Assembly (NCBI GenBank): GCA_944345365.1
Contig: CALVMJ010000004.1
Coordinates: 1,457 to 65,456, forward strand
DNA length: 64,000 bases
Direction: 5' to 3'
Origin: an uncultured Clostridia bacterium
GTDB lineage: Bacteria; Bacillota; Clostridia; Christensenellales; UBA1242
Positions 39,415 to 47,782 of the stretch are shown here, one piece after another. The notes below the pieces were generated by a model. That model ran no database searches and was not told the DNA's origin. It was given only the letters and a program-made list of their open reading frames with translations. The translations under genes and the position numbers were made by a program. Within the stretch, counting starts at the first letter, position 1; each line of letters begins with the position of its first letter.

Positions 39415-40511
39415 AGCACCCCCCAAATAAAAGTAAAAATAGTAATAATTGCAAGAAGAATGAAGGATAAAACACAAAAAGCAACGGCATAAGGATCTTT
39501 CTTTTCTTCTTTGATTTCTTCAATTACAAAAAAATTTTTAATGTCTTCCGGAGTAATTTTAATCTTAGAAGAAGTGTTTTCAATTTCATTGTTAGGTTTA
39601 CTTATATTAGTTAAAAACATTTGCCTTTTAATTATTTTTTCCAAATCTCCCCTTATCTTCACTGCACTCCTTTTAACCCCTTCAAAAACCAAAAGTTTTG
39701 ACAGAAATTTCAAAGTATATAAAAGCAAAATAACAAGCAACACAACAAACAACAATCCAAGGATCAAATTTCCTGAAATTAAAGCAGAAAGATTATTTAA
39801 AATCTTTCCAAACCCCAGCCCCCTGACATTTGAAAATGTAAGAAAAACACTAAGAGCATTATTCATAAAGTGGATAATCATTGCAGGAATAATCGAGAAA
39901 GTTTTACTAGTTAAATATCCAAGGAAAATGCCTATTAAAGTTGCATAAAAAAACTGCTCGATATTAAGATGCAAAAGTCCAAAAAGCAAAGAGGATATTA
40001 TAATTGCCTTCCAAAAACCAAACGGCGTTTCTGCACTTAAAATCATACCTCGATGAGCAAATTCTTCACAAATAGCAGGCAAAACGGCTGTGAAAAATAT
40101 GTTGACAAATAAAAGCCAAACGGGATATTCTGTGATCACACTAACAGCCCTATTTGGGTCATAACCAAAAGCCCTTATTAAAGAATTAAAAAAAGATGAA
40201 ACAAAAATGTTTAAAAAGAAAACTATAAACCCAATTAAAATTGACAAAAGAATTCCATAATTAGACATCTTTTGAACCCTATAAAAATGCAGAGTTTGTC
40301 TAATCTTTCTCTTACTGAGTAAAGAATACAACAAAACAGAGCCCCCAAAAAGTATTCCCACTTGAACAATTAAACTAAAAACATATCCCGTAAAAGTACC
40401 AAAAAAATTTAATAATCCAAAAGCAGATAACATTCTAATGGTCACAAAACAAATGGCTATTAAAAAATATATAGCATAAGAAATTTTTAAATTTTTATTC
40501 TCTTCTTTCAT
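39411..40511 (-). CDS. CPBP-family intramembrane glutamic endopeptidase (CAAX/Abi-type)
   Basis: EEFAHRG, LLHLN and HFMNN motifs within a polytopic membrane protein. Confidence 0.8.
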   Translation of the reverse strand: MKEENKNLKISYAIYFLIAICFVTIRMLSAFGLLNFFGTFTGYVFSLIVQVGILFGGSVLLYSLLSKRKIRQTLHFYRVQKMSNYGILLSILIGFIVFFLNIFVSSFFNSLIRAFGYDPNRAVSVITEYPVWLLFVNIFFTAVLPAICEEFAHRGMILSAETPFGFWKAIIISSLLFGLLHLNIEQFFYATLIGIFLGYLTSKTFSIIPAMIIHFMNNALSVFLTFSNVRGLGFGKILNNLSALISGNLILGLLFVVLLVILLLYTLKFLSKLLVFEGVKRSAVKIRGDLEKIIKRQMFLTNISKPNNEIENTSSKIKITPEDIKNFFVIEEIKEEKKDPYAVAFCVLSFILLAIITIFTFIWGVL

Positions 40512-40539
40512 ATCCTTAGTATATTCTCCAACTGCTACC

Positions 40540-41538
40540 TTAATTCATAAATGCTGAAACCACGTTTATTATAAACAAGCATCCTGCCAAAACTATTCCA
40601 ATAATCATATTTAAAGATGCAAGTTTACCACTATTTTGAATCTCACTTCCTTCAAAAATCATAGTTTGTGATTCTAGTTTTTTTTCTTTTTTAAAGAAAA
40701 ATCTTTCAATGATGTAAAGAATTCCTGCAACAACAAACAGCAATCCAACAGCCAAAACCCAAAACGCAATTTTGTTGGTTGGAATAAAACTAAATCCTGT
40801 AACTTTCTCTAAGAATGCAAGTGTTATAACAAGTGCATTGTTGCAAAAATGTAGTATTATGCTTGAAAGAACATTGCCTGTTCTTAAAGCCACCCACCCA
40901 AGAACTATCCCCAAAATAAAAGGATAAATAAGCTGTTGTAAACTGCCATGCATTAAGGCAAACAAAAACGCCGAAAACAAAACTGCCTCAAAAGGTTTTA
41001 AGACATTTTTTAAGCCACTAAAAATTATTCCCCTAAAAATGAGTTCCTCGCACACAGCAGGCAAAAATGCAAGTAGCAGTAAGTTTAAAAAATACCAACC
41101 AACATTATCAAGAGGCAAATTGGTAGATTCAATATTATAACCAAGTGCTTCAAGTCCCAATTCAATTCCATAGATAAAATATTGCAATCCAAACACACAA
41201 ACAAAAGATATGGCTATTAAAACTAAAACTGTTTTCCAGTGAAGTTTAAAACTTAGCTGACTTGCGTAAAAAGAAATTCTATTTATTTTGTTATAAACCA
41301 TAAAAACGGCAAAAAAGGAAAGTGGTGTCAATATTGCCGAAGTTATGATAAAACCAAGAGAATCTAAAACCTCACTTGGTTCAATGCCCGCCTTGCTAAA
41401 AGCACCCAAGGCAAGAATAATCGAGAATAAAATAATAATGTAAGGCGTGATAACAGCCCATAAAAAAGCCTTGCCTGAATCACTTGCATTGTAATAATTT
41501 CTTTTATTAACATCTTGAATTTTTGTTTTCTTTTCCAT
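40540..41538 (-). CDS. CPBP-family intramembrane glutamic endopeptidase (second paralogue)
   Basis: EELIFRG, FALMHGS and HFCNN motifs. Confidence 0.8.
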   Translation of the reverse strand: MEKKTKIQDVNKRNYYNASDSGKAFLWAVITPYIIILFSIILALGAFSKAGIEPSEVLDSLGFIITSAILTPLSFFAVFMVYNKINRISFYASQLSFKLHWKTVLVLIAISFVCVFGLQYFIYGIELGLEALGYNIESTNLPLDNVGWYFLNLLLLAFLPAVCEELIFRGIIFSGLKNVLKPFEAVLFSAFLFALMHGSLQQLIYPFILGIVLGWVALRTGNVLSSIILHFCNNALVITLAFLEKVTGFSFIPTNKIAFWVLAVGLLFVVAGILYIIERFFFKKEKKLESQTMIFEGSEIQNSGKLASLNMIIGIVLAGCLFIINVVSAFMN

Positions 41539-41634
41539 CTTTTATCCTTTCATTGTTAAGAATTATACTATACTAAATAAAAAAAAACAACGAAATGCCT
41601 TTACATAAACTTAAAAATTTAATAAAATAACAAT

Positions 41635-42099
41635 ATGATAGATTATATGAAAGAAGCTATAAAAGAAGCAATCAAGGCGGGCAAAAAAGGAGAAATCCCT
41701 GTCGGCGCCGTAATAGTTTATAATGGAAAAATTATTGCAAGAGGAAGAAACAAACGAGAAAAAACTCAAAACGCTCTATTACATGCAGAGATAGTGGCAA
41801 TAAATAAAGCTTGCAAAAAACTCCACTCTTGGAGGCTTGAAAATGCCGACATTTATGTAACACTAGAACCTTGTCCGATGTGCGCCGGCGCAATATCAAA
41901 TGCCAGAATTAAAAGAGTTTTCTACTCTGCTAGTGACAACTCAGACAGCAGAGAAATCATAGATAAAATATTTTCAAGCACAAGACTAAACCATAAGGTG
42001 GAATTAATACAAGGAGAATATCAAACGGAATCTTCAAAACTACTCAGCGATTTTTTTAAATCAAAAAGGCTATCTAGGAAAAACAAAAACGCAGTATAA
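41635..42099 (+). CDS. tadA: tRNA adenosine(34) deaminase
   Basis: CDA-fold zinc motifs HAE and PCPMCAGA. 154 aa. Confidence 0.9.
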   Translation: MIDYMKEAIKEAIKAGKKGEIPVGAVIVYNGKIIARGRNKREKTQNALLHAEIVAINKACKKLHSWRLENADIYVTLEPCPMCAGAISNARIKRVFYSASDNSDSREIIDKIFSSTRLNHKVELIQGEYQTESSKLLSDFFKSKRLSRKNKNAV

Positions 42100-42109
42100 A
42101 CTGCGTTTT
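42086..42109. terminator. bidirectional terminator (the loop contains the tadA stop codon)
   Basis: AAAACGCAG-TATAAA-CTGCGTTTT. Confidence 0.65.
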
Positions 42110-42737
42110 ATATTATTTTAAGAAGAAATTCCTGAAATTCTTTTTCACTAATTTCACCTTTTTCTTTTAAGGTTCTTAAATATTTTATAAGAACTTTTTT
42201 ATACTCTTCCTCCGAAATATTTCCACTGTCCTTTAATTTTTTTATTTTTATTAATTTTTCTTTAACACTCTCTGCTCCTTCACCAATTTTAATGTCATAT
42301 ATTTGTTTTTCATTAACCTCAAAATTTTCACTTGATTTATTTAAATCAAAATTTGTTATTTTTTGCTTTATGGTAAGTGAAATATAGAGCAATATTGATG
42401 AAATTGAAAATGGACCGCAAAGAACAGTCAAAACTAACCCTGCAATAAACACTGCCTGATTTTTATAAAAATTTTTTCCTCCATCACGAACCGAATATAT
42501 AAGCAGTATTCCAGCACATAAATAAAATGCAAAAATTACAAGCAAAATAATTCCAATCAACAGTTTAACAATGCGCAACTCTTCAGGCGAAGAAACTGTG
42601 TAATCATATCCTAGGTTTATATTTGAAATATTGCCAAAATTTAATAAAACAAATAAGCCTGAGATTAGAACAACAAAAGCTGAAATCAAATTTAAAATTC
42701 CCGCAACAAAAACAAGCGTCCTTTTTGTTTGGTCCAT
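42108..42737 (-). CDS. membrane protein with C-terminal SHOCT-like repeats
   Basis: Four TM segments followed by LKDSGNISEEEYKKV and LKEKGEISEKEFQEF. Start trimmed to ATG 42737 after GAGGAGGA. Confidence 0.55.
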   Translation of the reverse strand: MDQTKRTLVFVAGILNLISAFVVLISGLFVLLNFGNISNINLGYDYTVSSPEELRIVKLLIGIILLVIFAFYLCAGILLIYSVRDGGKNFYKNQAVFIAGLVLTVLCGPFSISSILLYISLTIKQKITNFDLNKSSENFEVNEKQIYDIKIGEGAESVKEKLIKIKKLKDSGNISEEEYKKVLIKYLRTLKEKGEISEKEFQEFLLKII

Positions 42738-42865
42738 AGACTTTCCTCCTCTTTTTATTATATAATAAAACAAGATAAAAATCAACTTGAAATTAAATTT
42801 AAATTACAAAAGATTGTTATTAACATTTATATAATTTATTCATAAACTGAAGATAGGAGGTATTT

Positions 42866-43093
42866 ATGTTAAATTATCGCAATAATTATTGCGAGGGTTG
42901 TTATTTTAACCTCTGCCCACCCTACACAAATTGCAGGTCTAATTTTAATAATTGCTCAACTTTTCCTTTTGGCTTAGGTTGTTGTAACTGTGATTGCTGT
43001 AATTGTAATAGGTGTAATTTTTGTGACCCTTGCAACCTGGCTCTTTTATTAATACTTGGTTGCAATTGTGGAAGGAGGGGCTGTTTCTTTTAA
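42866..43093 (+). CDS. Cys/Asn-rich small protein (75 aa, 17 Cys), function unknown
   Basis: RBS AGGAGGT lies 6 nt before the ATG. It is a 75-codon open frame in AT-rich DNA. The sequence is MLNYRNNYCEGCYFNLCPPYTNCRSNFNNCSTFPFGLGCCNCDCCNCNRCNFCDPCNLALLLILGCNCGRRGCFF. Confidence 0.6.
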   Translation: MLNYRNNYCEGCYFNLCPPYTNCRSNFNNCSTFPFGLGCCNCDCCNCNRCNFCDPCNLALLLILGCNCGRRGCFF

Positions 43094-44871
43094 TTTCTAA
43101 GCAACTTTTCCCAATCTTTAATTATTTTTCTTAAATATTCAAAAACTACATCAAAAGTATTTTCTTCTTCAAGATTGCAACCTGCATCTTGAAGAATTTT
43201 TATTGGCGAAGCACTTGATCCCGCGGACAGAAATTTAAGGTAATTATCCCTAACTTGAGCATTGTTTTCAAATAAGTATTTAGAAAAATTTAATGCGCAA
43301 ATTAAACCGGTTGCGTATTTATAAACATAGTAGCTTCTGTAAAAATGTGGTATCCTTGCCCATTCAAATTTTACTTCTTCCAAAATCTTAACCTTTTTCC
43401 CAAAATAAAATTTATTTAAATCCAAATAAATTTGACAAAGTTTGTCCTTTGAAAGAGGCTGTCCATCTTCAAAAATTTTATGAGTCATATCCTCAAATTC
43501 AGAAAACATTGTCTGCCTAAATATTGTTCCTTTTACCTCACTAAAAAGCTTGTCATAGTAAAACATTTTTTCATTTTTATTCTTAGCATTTTTGAGCAAG
43601 TAATTAAGCAAAAGCATTTCATTTGTCGTGCTTGCAACCTCTGCAACAAAAATAACATAACTAGAAGTTTCTAGCCTTTGATTTTTGCATGAATAATACG
43701 AATGAAGAGCGTGTCCAAGTTCATGAGCAAGTGTAAAAACTGAATCCAAAGAACCATTAAAATTAGTTAAAACAACAGGTGTCGCACCATAGGTATGTGT
43801 AGAAAAAGCACCACTGTCCTTACCCTTGTTTGGAAAAACATCAATCCACCTCTCGTCTTTTGCTTTTTGAATTAAATTAACGTATTTTTCACCCAAAGGC
43901 ATAACTGCTTTTTTAATTAAGTCAATAGCTTCGTCATAGGTATATTTTTTATTTAAGGATTTACAAACCTTTGCAAAACAATCTGAAATAGAGATTTGTT
44001 TTAATTTAAGCATTTTTCTTTTAATTTCCATATAGTCATAAAAAACATCTATGTTTTCTCTGACCTTTTTTATAAGTAAATTATAAACATCTTCGCTTGC
44101 TTCTTCGTTATAAATGGAGGCATCAAGACAGGATTTATATCCCCTTATTTTTGAAAAATAACAATCTACTTTAACATCAGAAATATAATTTGAACTTAGA
44201 AAATTGATATATCTTCCATAAGCACCATTAAATTCAACAAAAACATTTTTTCTTAAAACAGAGTCGTCACTTTGAGCAAGCAAAACATAGTTTGAGTGAT
44301 TTAATTCATACTCTTTGCCCTTGCTGTCTTTTACATTATTAAATTTTAAATCACCGTCATCAAACTTATCAAAATTTTCACTAAATCCTCCCAAGAATGA
44401 CATTCCACAGAGAAGTTTTTCTTCCTTTTTTGACAAAATATGTTTTTTGTGTCTTAAAATGCTTTCAAGTGTTCTTTTGTAATCAGAAAATTTGGAATTT
44501 TCTATAAGTTTTTTAAGCCTTTCATTTGAAAGCTCGCTCATTTCAACATCAATAAACGAAGATGCAACAGAATATTCTGTCATCACTTTGTCCAACTTTT
44601 CATTCATTTCGTTTATTTTTGAGTTTGTTACATCTTCCGAAAGTCTTAATGACGCATAAATTGACAAAAATCCTCCCTCAATCGACACCTTGTCCTCAAA
44701 CTTTAAGCAATCAAGCAAAGTTTTCTCATCGCCCAATTTTCCCTCAAACTTAACCACTTTTTCTTTATTTTTTTCAAACTCTTTAAGCCTAAGAAAAAAA
44801 TCATCTTCACTTTTACAAAACTTTGTTAAATCCCACTTATATTCTTCTTTTATTAAACTTCTTTCTTTCAT
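43090..44871 (-). CDS. pepF: oligoendopeptidase F (M3B)
   Basis: 593 aa with the HELGHALH zinc motif. Confidence 0.9.
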   Translation of the reverse strand: MKERSLIKEEYKWDLTKFCKSEDDFFLRLKEFEKNKEKVVKFEGKLGDEKTLLDCLKFEDKVSIEGGFLSIYASLRLSEDVTNSKINEMNEKLDKVMTEYSVASSFIDVEMSELSNERLKKLIENSKFSDYKRTLESILRHKKHILSKKEEKLLCGMSFLGGFSENFDKFDDGDLKFNNVKDSKGKEYELNHSNYVLLAQSDDSVLRKNVFVEFNGAYGRYINFLSSNYISDVKVDCYFSKIRGYKSCLDASIYNEEASEDVYNLLIKKVRENIDVFYDYMEIKRKMLKLKQISISDCFAKVCKSLNKKYTYDEAIDLIKKAVMPLGEKYVNLIQKAKDERWIDVFPNKGKDSGAFSTHTYGATPVVLTNFNGSLDSVFTLAHELGHALHSYYSCKNQRLETSSYVIFVAEVASTTNEMLLLNYLLKNAKNKNEKMFYYDKLFSEVKGTIFRQTMFSEFEDMTHKIFEDGQPLSKDKLCQIYLDLNKFYFGKKVKILEEVKFEWARIPHFYRSYYVYKYATGLICALNFSKYLFENNAQVRDNYLKFLSAGSSASPIKILQDAGCNLEEENTFDVVFEYLRKIIKDWEKLLRN

Positions 44872-44872
44872 A

Positions 44873-45568
44873 TTACCTCACAAAATACTTATCTAAATAA
44901 AACAAATCCCAAGGTTTTTCGCTCTGGTTTGGTGGAGCAATAAACACAAGCATTTCTTTGGTAACTGGGTGAATAAATTCAAGACGACCTGCCCATAGAG
45001 CCAAATCTTTTGTAATTTTTTTGTCGGTATTTTTATTATATTTTGTATCTCCATAAATAGGCAATCCTATTCCACTAAGTTGAACTCTTATCTGATGACT
45101 CCTTCCTGTCAAAATATTAATTTCTAACAAAGAAAGATTCCCTTTGGTTTGCAAAACTTTGTAAATTAATTCGGCTTTTTTTGCCTGTGGCTCGGACATT
45201 GTAACAATTTTAACAATATTTTGTTTTTCATCTTTCTTTAAGTAATTAACAATCTTTTCTTCGCTTGCCCTAATTTTTCCTTCAACAACTGCGTAATAAA
45301 CTTTTTTTATAGAATGTTCTTTAAATTGATTTGAAAGTCTCTGCGCCGATTTTGAATTTTTAGCAAATACCATAATCCCACCTGTTGGTCTGTCAAGCCT
45401 ATGAACAAGACCAACAAAAGCTTCTCCTGGTTTGTTATACTTTTTCTTAATATAGTCTTTTACCTCATCTAAAAGACTGAGGTCATTTGACTCATCTGGC
45501 TGAGTGGAAATATTTCGAGGCTTTATAACGACAATAATATGATTATCTTCATAAATAACTTTAAGCAT
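44873..45568 (-). CDS. RluA-family pseudouridine synthase (no S4 domain)
   Basis: HRLDRPTGGIMVFAK catalytic motif and a later GRSHQIRVQL block. Confidence 0.85.
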   Translation of the reverse strand: MLKVIYEDNHIIVVIKPRNISTQPDESNDLSLLDEVKDYIKKKYNKPGEAFVGLVHRLDRPTGGIMVFAKNSKSAQRLSNQFKEHSIKKVYYAVVEGKIRASEEKIVNYLKKDEKQNIVKIVTMSEPQAKKAELIYKVLQTKGNLSLLEINILTGRSHQIRVQLSGIGLPIYGDTKYNKNTDKKITKDLALWAGRLEFIHPVTKEMLVFIAPPNQSEKPWDLFYLDKYFVR

Positions 45569-45588
45569 AATAACTTCCTTTTAACTTT

Positions 45589-46434
45589 TTATTTAAAAAT
45601 TTTCCAACCACTTGCACCACAAGGCAAAATTATTCCTTCCTCTGTAGGCAAGCCTATTTCATCTGCTTCAACCCCACTCTTCCCAAAAATTAAACTTAAA
45701 ATATTTGTAAGAACTCCGGGTTGAAGTCCCGTTGTATAGGAGTTAATTAAAATAAACAATGGATTATCGGATAACACCTCTTTGCATAACTTAACAAAAT
45801 CAAACAAGGAATCTTCTATCTTCCACATTTCTCCGCTTGGTCCTCTGCCATAACTTGGTGGATCCATAATTATTGCATCATATCGATTTTTTCTTCTAAT
45901 CTCTCTTTCCAAAAATTTCTTGCAGTCATCAACTATATATCTTATATCACAAATTCCATTTAACGAAGCATTCTCCTTTGCTCTTTCCACCATACCTTTG
46001 CTTGCATCAACATGAGTAACTTTCGCTCCGGCTTTTGCACAAGCGACCGACGCTCCCCCTGTATAGGCAAATAAATTTAGCACCTTAATTTCTCTTTTTT
46101 GCGAAGAAATAAGCTCCATCATTCTTTTCCAATTCACTGCCTGCTCTGGAAAAAGCCCTGTGTGCTTAAATCCCATGGGCTTAACGATAAATTTTAATTC
46201 CCCCCAAGCAACTGGCCACTCTGATGGGAATTTTTTTAGAATTGTCCAAGCTCCTCCACCACTTGAACTTCGTGAATATCTTGCATTAATTCCATTAAAT
46301 TGTGATAAATCTTTATCATTTTTCCAAATAACCTGAGGGTCAGGCCTTAATAAAATCACATCTCCCCATCTTTCCAATTTTTCGCCATTACCTGTCGCCA
46401 AAATTTTATATTCTTCCCAGTTTGCTACTTTCAT
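45589..46434 (-). CDS. class I SAM-dependent (rRNA-type, COG1092-like) methyltransferase
   Basis: LNLFAYTGGASVA (motif I) and IIMDPPSYGRG (motif IV). Start trimmed to ATG 46434 after AAGGGGA. Confidence 0.7.
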   Translation of the reverse strand: MKVANWEEYKILATGNGEKLERWGDVILLRPDPQVIWKNDKDLSQFNGINARYSRSSSGGGAWTILKKFPSEWPVAWGELKFIVKPMGFKHTGLFPEQAVNWKRMMELISSQKREIKVLNLFAYTGGASVACAKAGAKVTHVDASKGMVERAKENASLNGICDIRYIVDDCKKFLEREIRRKNRYDAIIMDPPSYGRGPSGEMWKIEDSLFDFVKLCKEVLSDNPLFILINSYTTGLQPGVLTNILSLIFGKSGVEADEIGLPTEEGIILPCGASGWKIFK

Positions 46435-46444
46435 TCTGTCCCCT

Positions 46445-47683
46445 TTATTCATCAAAATTTCCATTGACTTGATCAGAAGAAAAATCCTCTATCAAATCTG
46501 TACCATAAGCCAACGAATCAACTTTGCCAAGCTTTCTTTGAATATTTCTAGTTTTGCTCTCTGCGTCTTCCATTGTGTTTGCAACTTCTTGTATTTTCTT
46601 TTTGGTTTTAGACAAAATATCGCCAAATTTATTAAACTCAGTTTTAACATTTGCAAGAATTCTCCAAACCTCACTGGTTTGTTTTTCAATGGCAAGAGCG
46701 TGAAAGCCAAGTTGTAAACTATTAATAAAAGCTGTTAAGGTTGTAGGGCCCGTAATTGTAACTCTGTAATCTCTTTGAACACTTTCAGCAAGACTTGCAT
46801 TTTTTAACACCTCGCAAAACAAGCTTTCGGTCGGCAAAAACATTACAGCAAAGTCAGTAGTGTATGGTGGATCAATATATTTATCTCTAATCGTTCTTGC
46901 ATAAGCCTTAACACTTTTTTCAAGCTCTTTCTTATAAGTTTGAACAAGCAAGACATCTCCCTTTTCTTCTGCCTCAACTAGTCTTCCATAATCTTCAATA
47001 GGAAATTTGCTGTCAATTGGAAGCATAACAGTTTTACCATCAACCTTGCTTGGAATCTTAACGGCAAATTCCACAAAATCTTTGCTGTTTGTTTTTAGTT
47101 TTGCATTTTTTATGTATTGCTCAGGTGTTAAGTATTCTTCCAAAATGCTTTCAAGATGTATTTCTCCCCAAGACCCTCTTGACTTAACATTTGTCAAAAC
47201 TTTTTTTAAATCACCAACCCCAACGGCAAGGCTCTGCATTTCTCCAAGCCCTTTATAAACCGATTCAAGCCTGTCATTTACCAGCTTAAAAGATTCTCCA
47301 AGCCTCTTTTCTAATGTGTCGTGAAGTTTTTCGTCAACAGTAAGCCTCATTACTTCAATTTTTTCAGAATTATCTCTTTGTAATTCTGTCAATTTTTGCT
47401 CCACCGTCTGCCTTATTGCTTCAAGTTTTTCTTCATTTGTTCTCGAAAAGTCTGTTATTCTTCCACCCAGGACAATGTTAATCTCTTGTCTTGTTCTTTG
47501 CAAAGAGTTTGCCATTTCTTCTCTAACATTTTTCATGTTTCTTTCAATGTCTTCTCTTAAAATTTTATACGATTCACCACCCAAAGAACCAACATTTTTC
47601 TTCGAAATTATTATAACACAAACAAGTGTTGCGATCGCCAAAATTCCACATAAGACAATTAATCCAATTTGTAAACTATCCAT
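46445..47683 (-). CDS. rmuC: DNA recombination protein RmuC
   Basis: N-terminal TM segment, a long coiled coil, and an RmuC nuclease-like C-terminal domain (FAVMFLPTESLF...). Confidence 0.85.
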   Translation of the reverse strand: MDSLQIGLIVLCGILAIATLVCVIIISKKNVGSLGGESYKILREDIERNMKNVREEMANSLQRTRQEINIVLGGRITDFSRTNEEKLEAIRQTVEQKLTELQRDNSEKIEVMRLTVDEKLHDTLEKRLGESFKLVNDRLESVYKGLGEMQSLAVGVGDLKKVLTNVKSRGSWGEIHLESILEEYLTPEQYIKNAKLKTNSKDFVEFAVKIPSKVDGKTVMLPIDSKFPIEDYGRLVEAEEKGDVLLVQTYKKELEKSVKAYARTIRDKYIDPPYTTDFAVMFLPTESLFCEVLKNASLAESVQRDYRVTITGPTTLTAFINSLQLGFHALAIEKQTSEVWRILANVKTEFNKFGDILSKTKKKIQEVANTMEDAESKTRNIQRKLGKVDSLAYGTDLIEDFSSDQVNGNFDE

Positions 47684-47782
47684 TTTAATACCTCCTTAGT
47701 ATTATATCACAACTAAAACCTTATAACAAACTAAAAAGAAAGAGCGAAATGCTCTTTCTTTAAATTTTTGAATATAAATATA

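Noticed and set aside
42866-43093. The Cys-rich ORF as a SCIFF, ranthipeptide or sactipeptide precursor with a local maturase.
   Set aside because: No radical-SAM/SPASM, LanB/C/M, cyclodehydratase or ABC-peptidase gene is adjacent. The only radical-SAM gene in the window is MtaB at 62598-63836, a tRNA enzyme 20 kb away. The peptide has no recognisable leader or GG cleavage motif. I kept it as an orphan finding instead.
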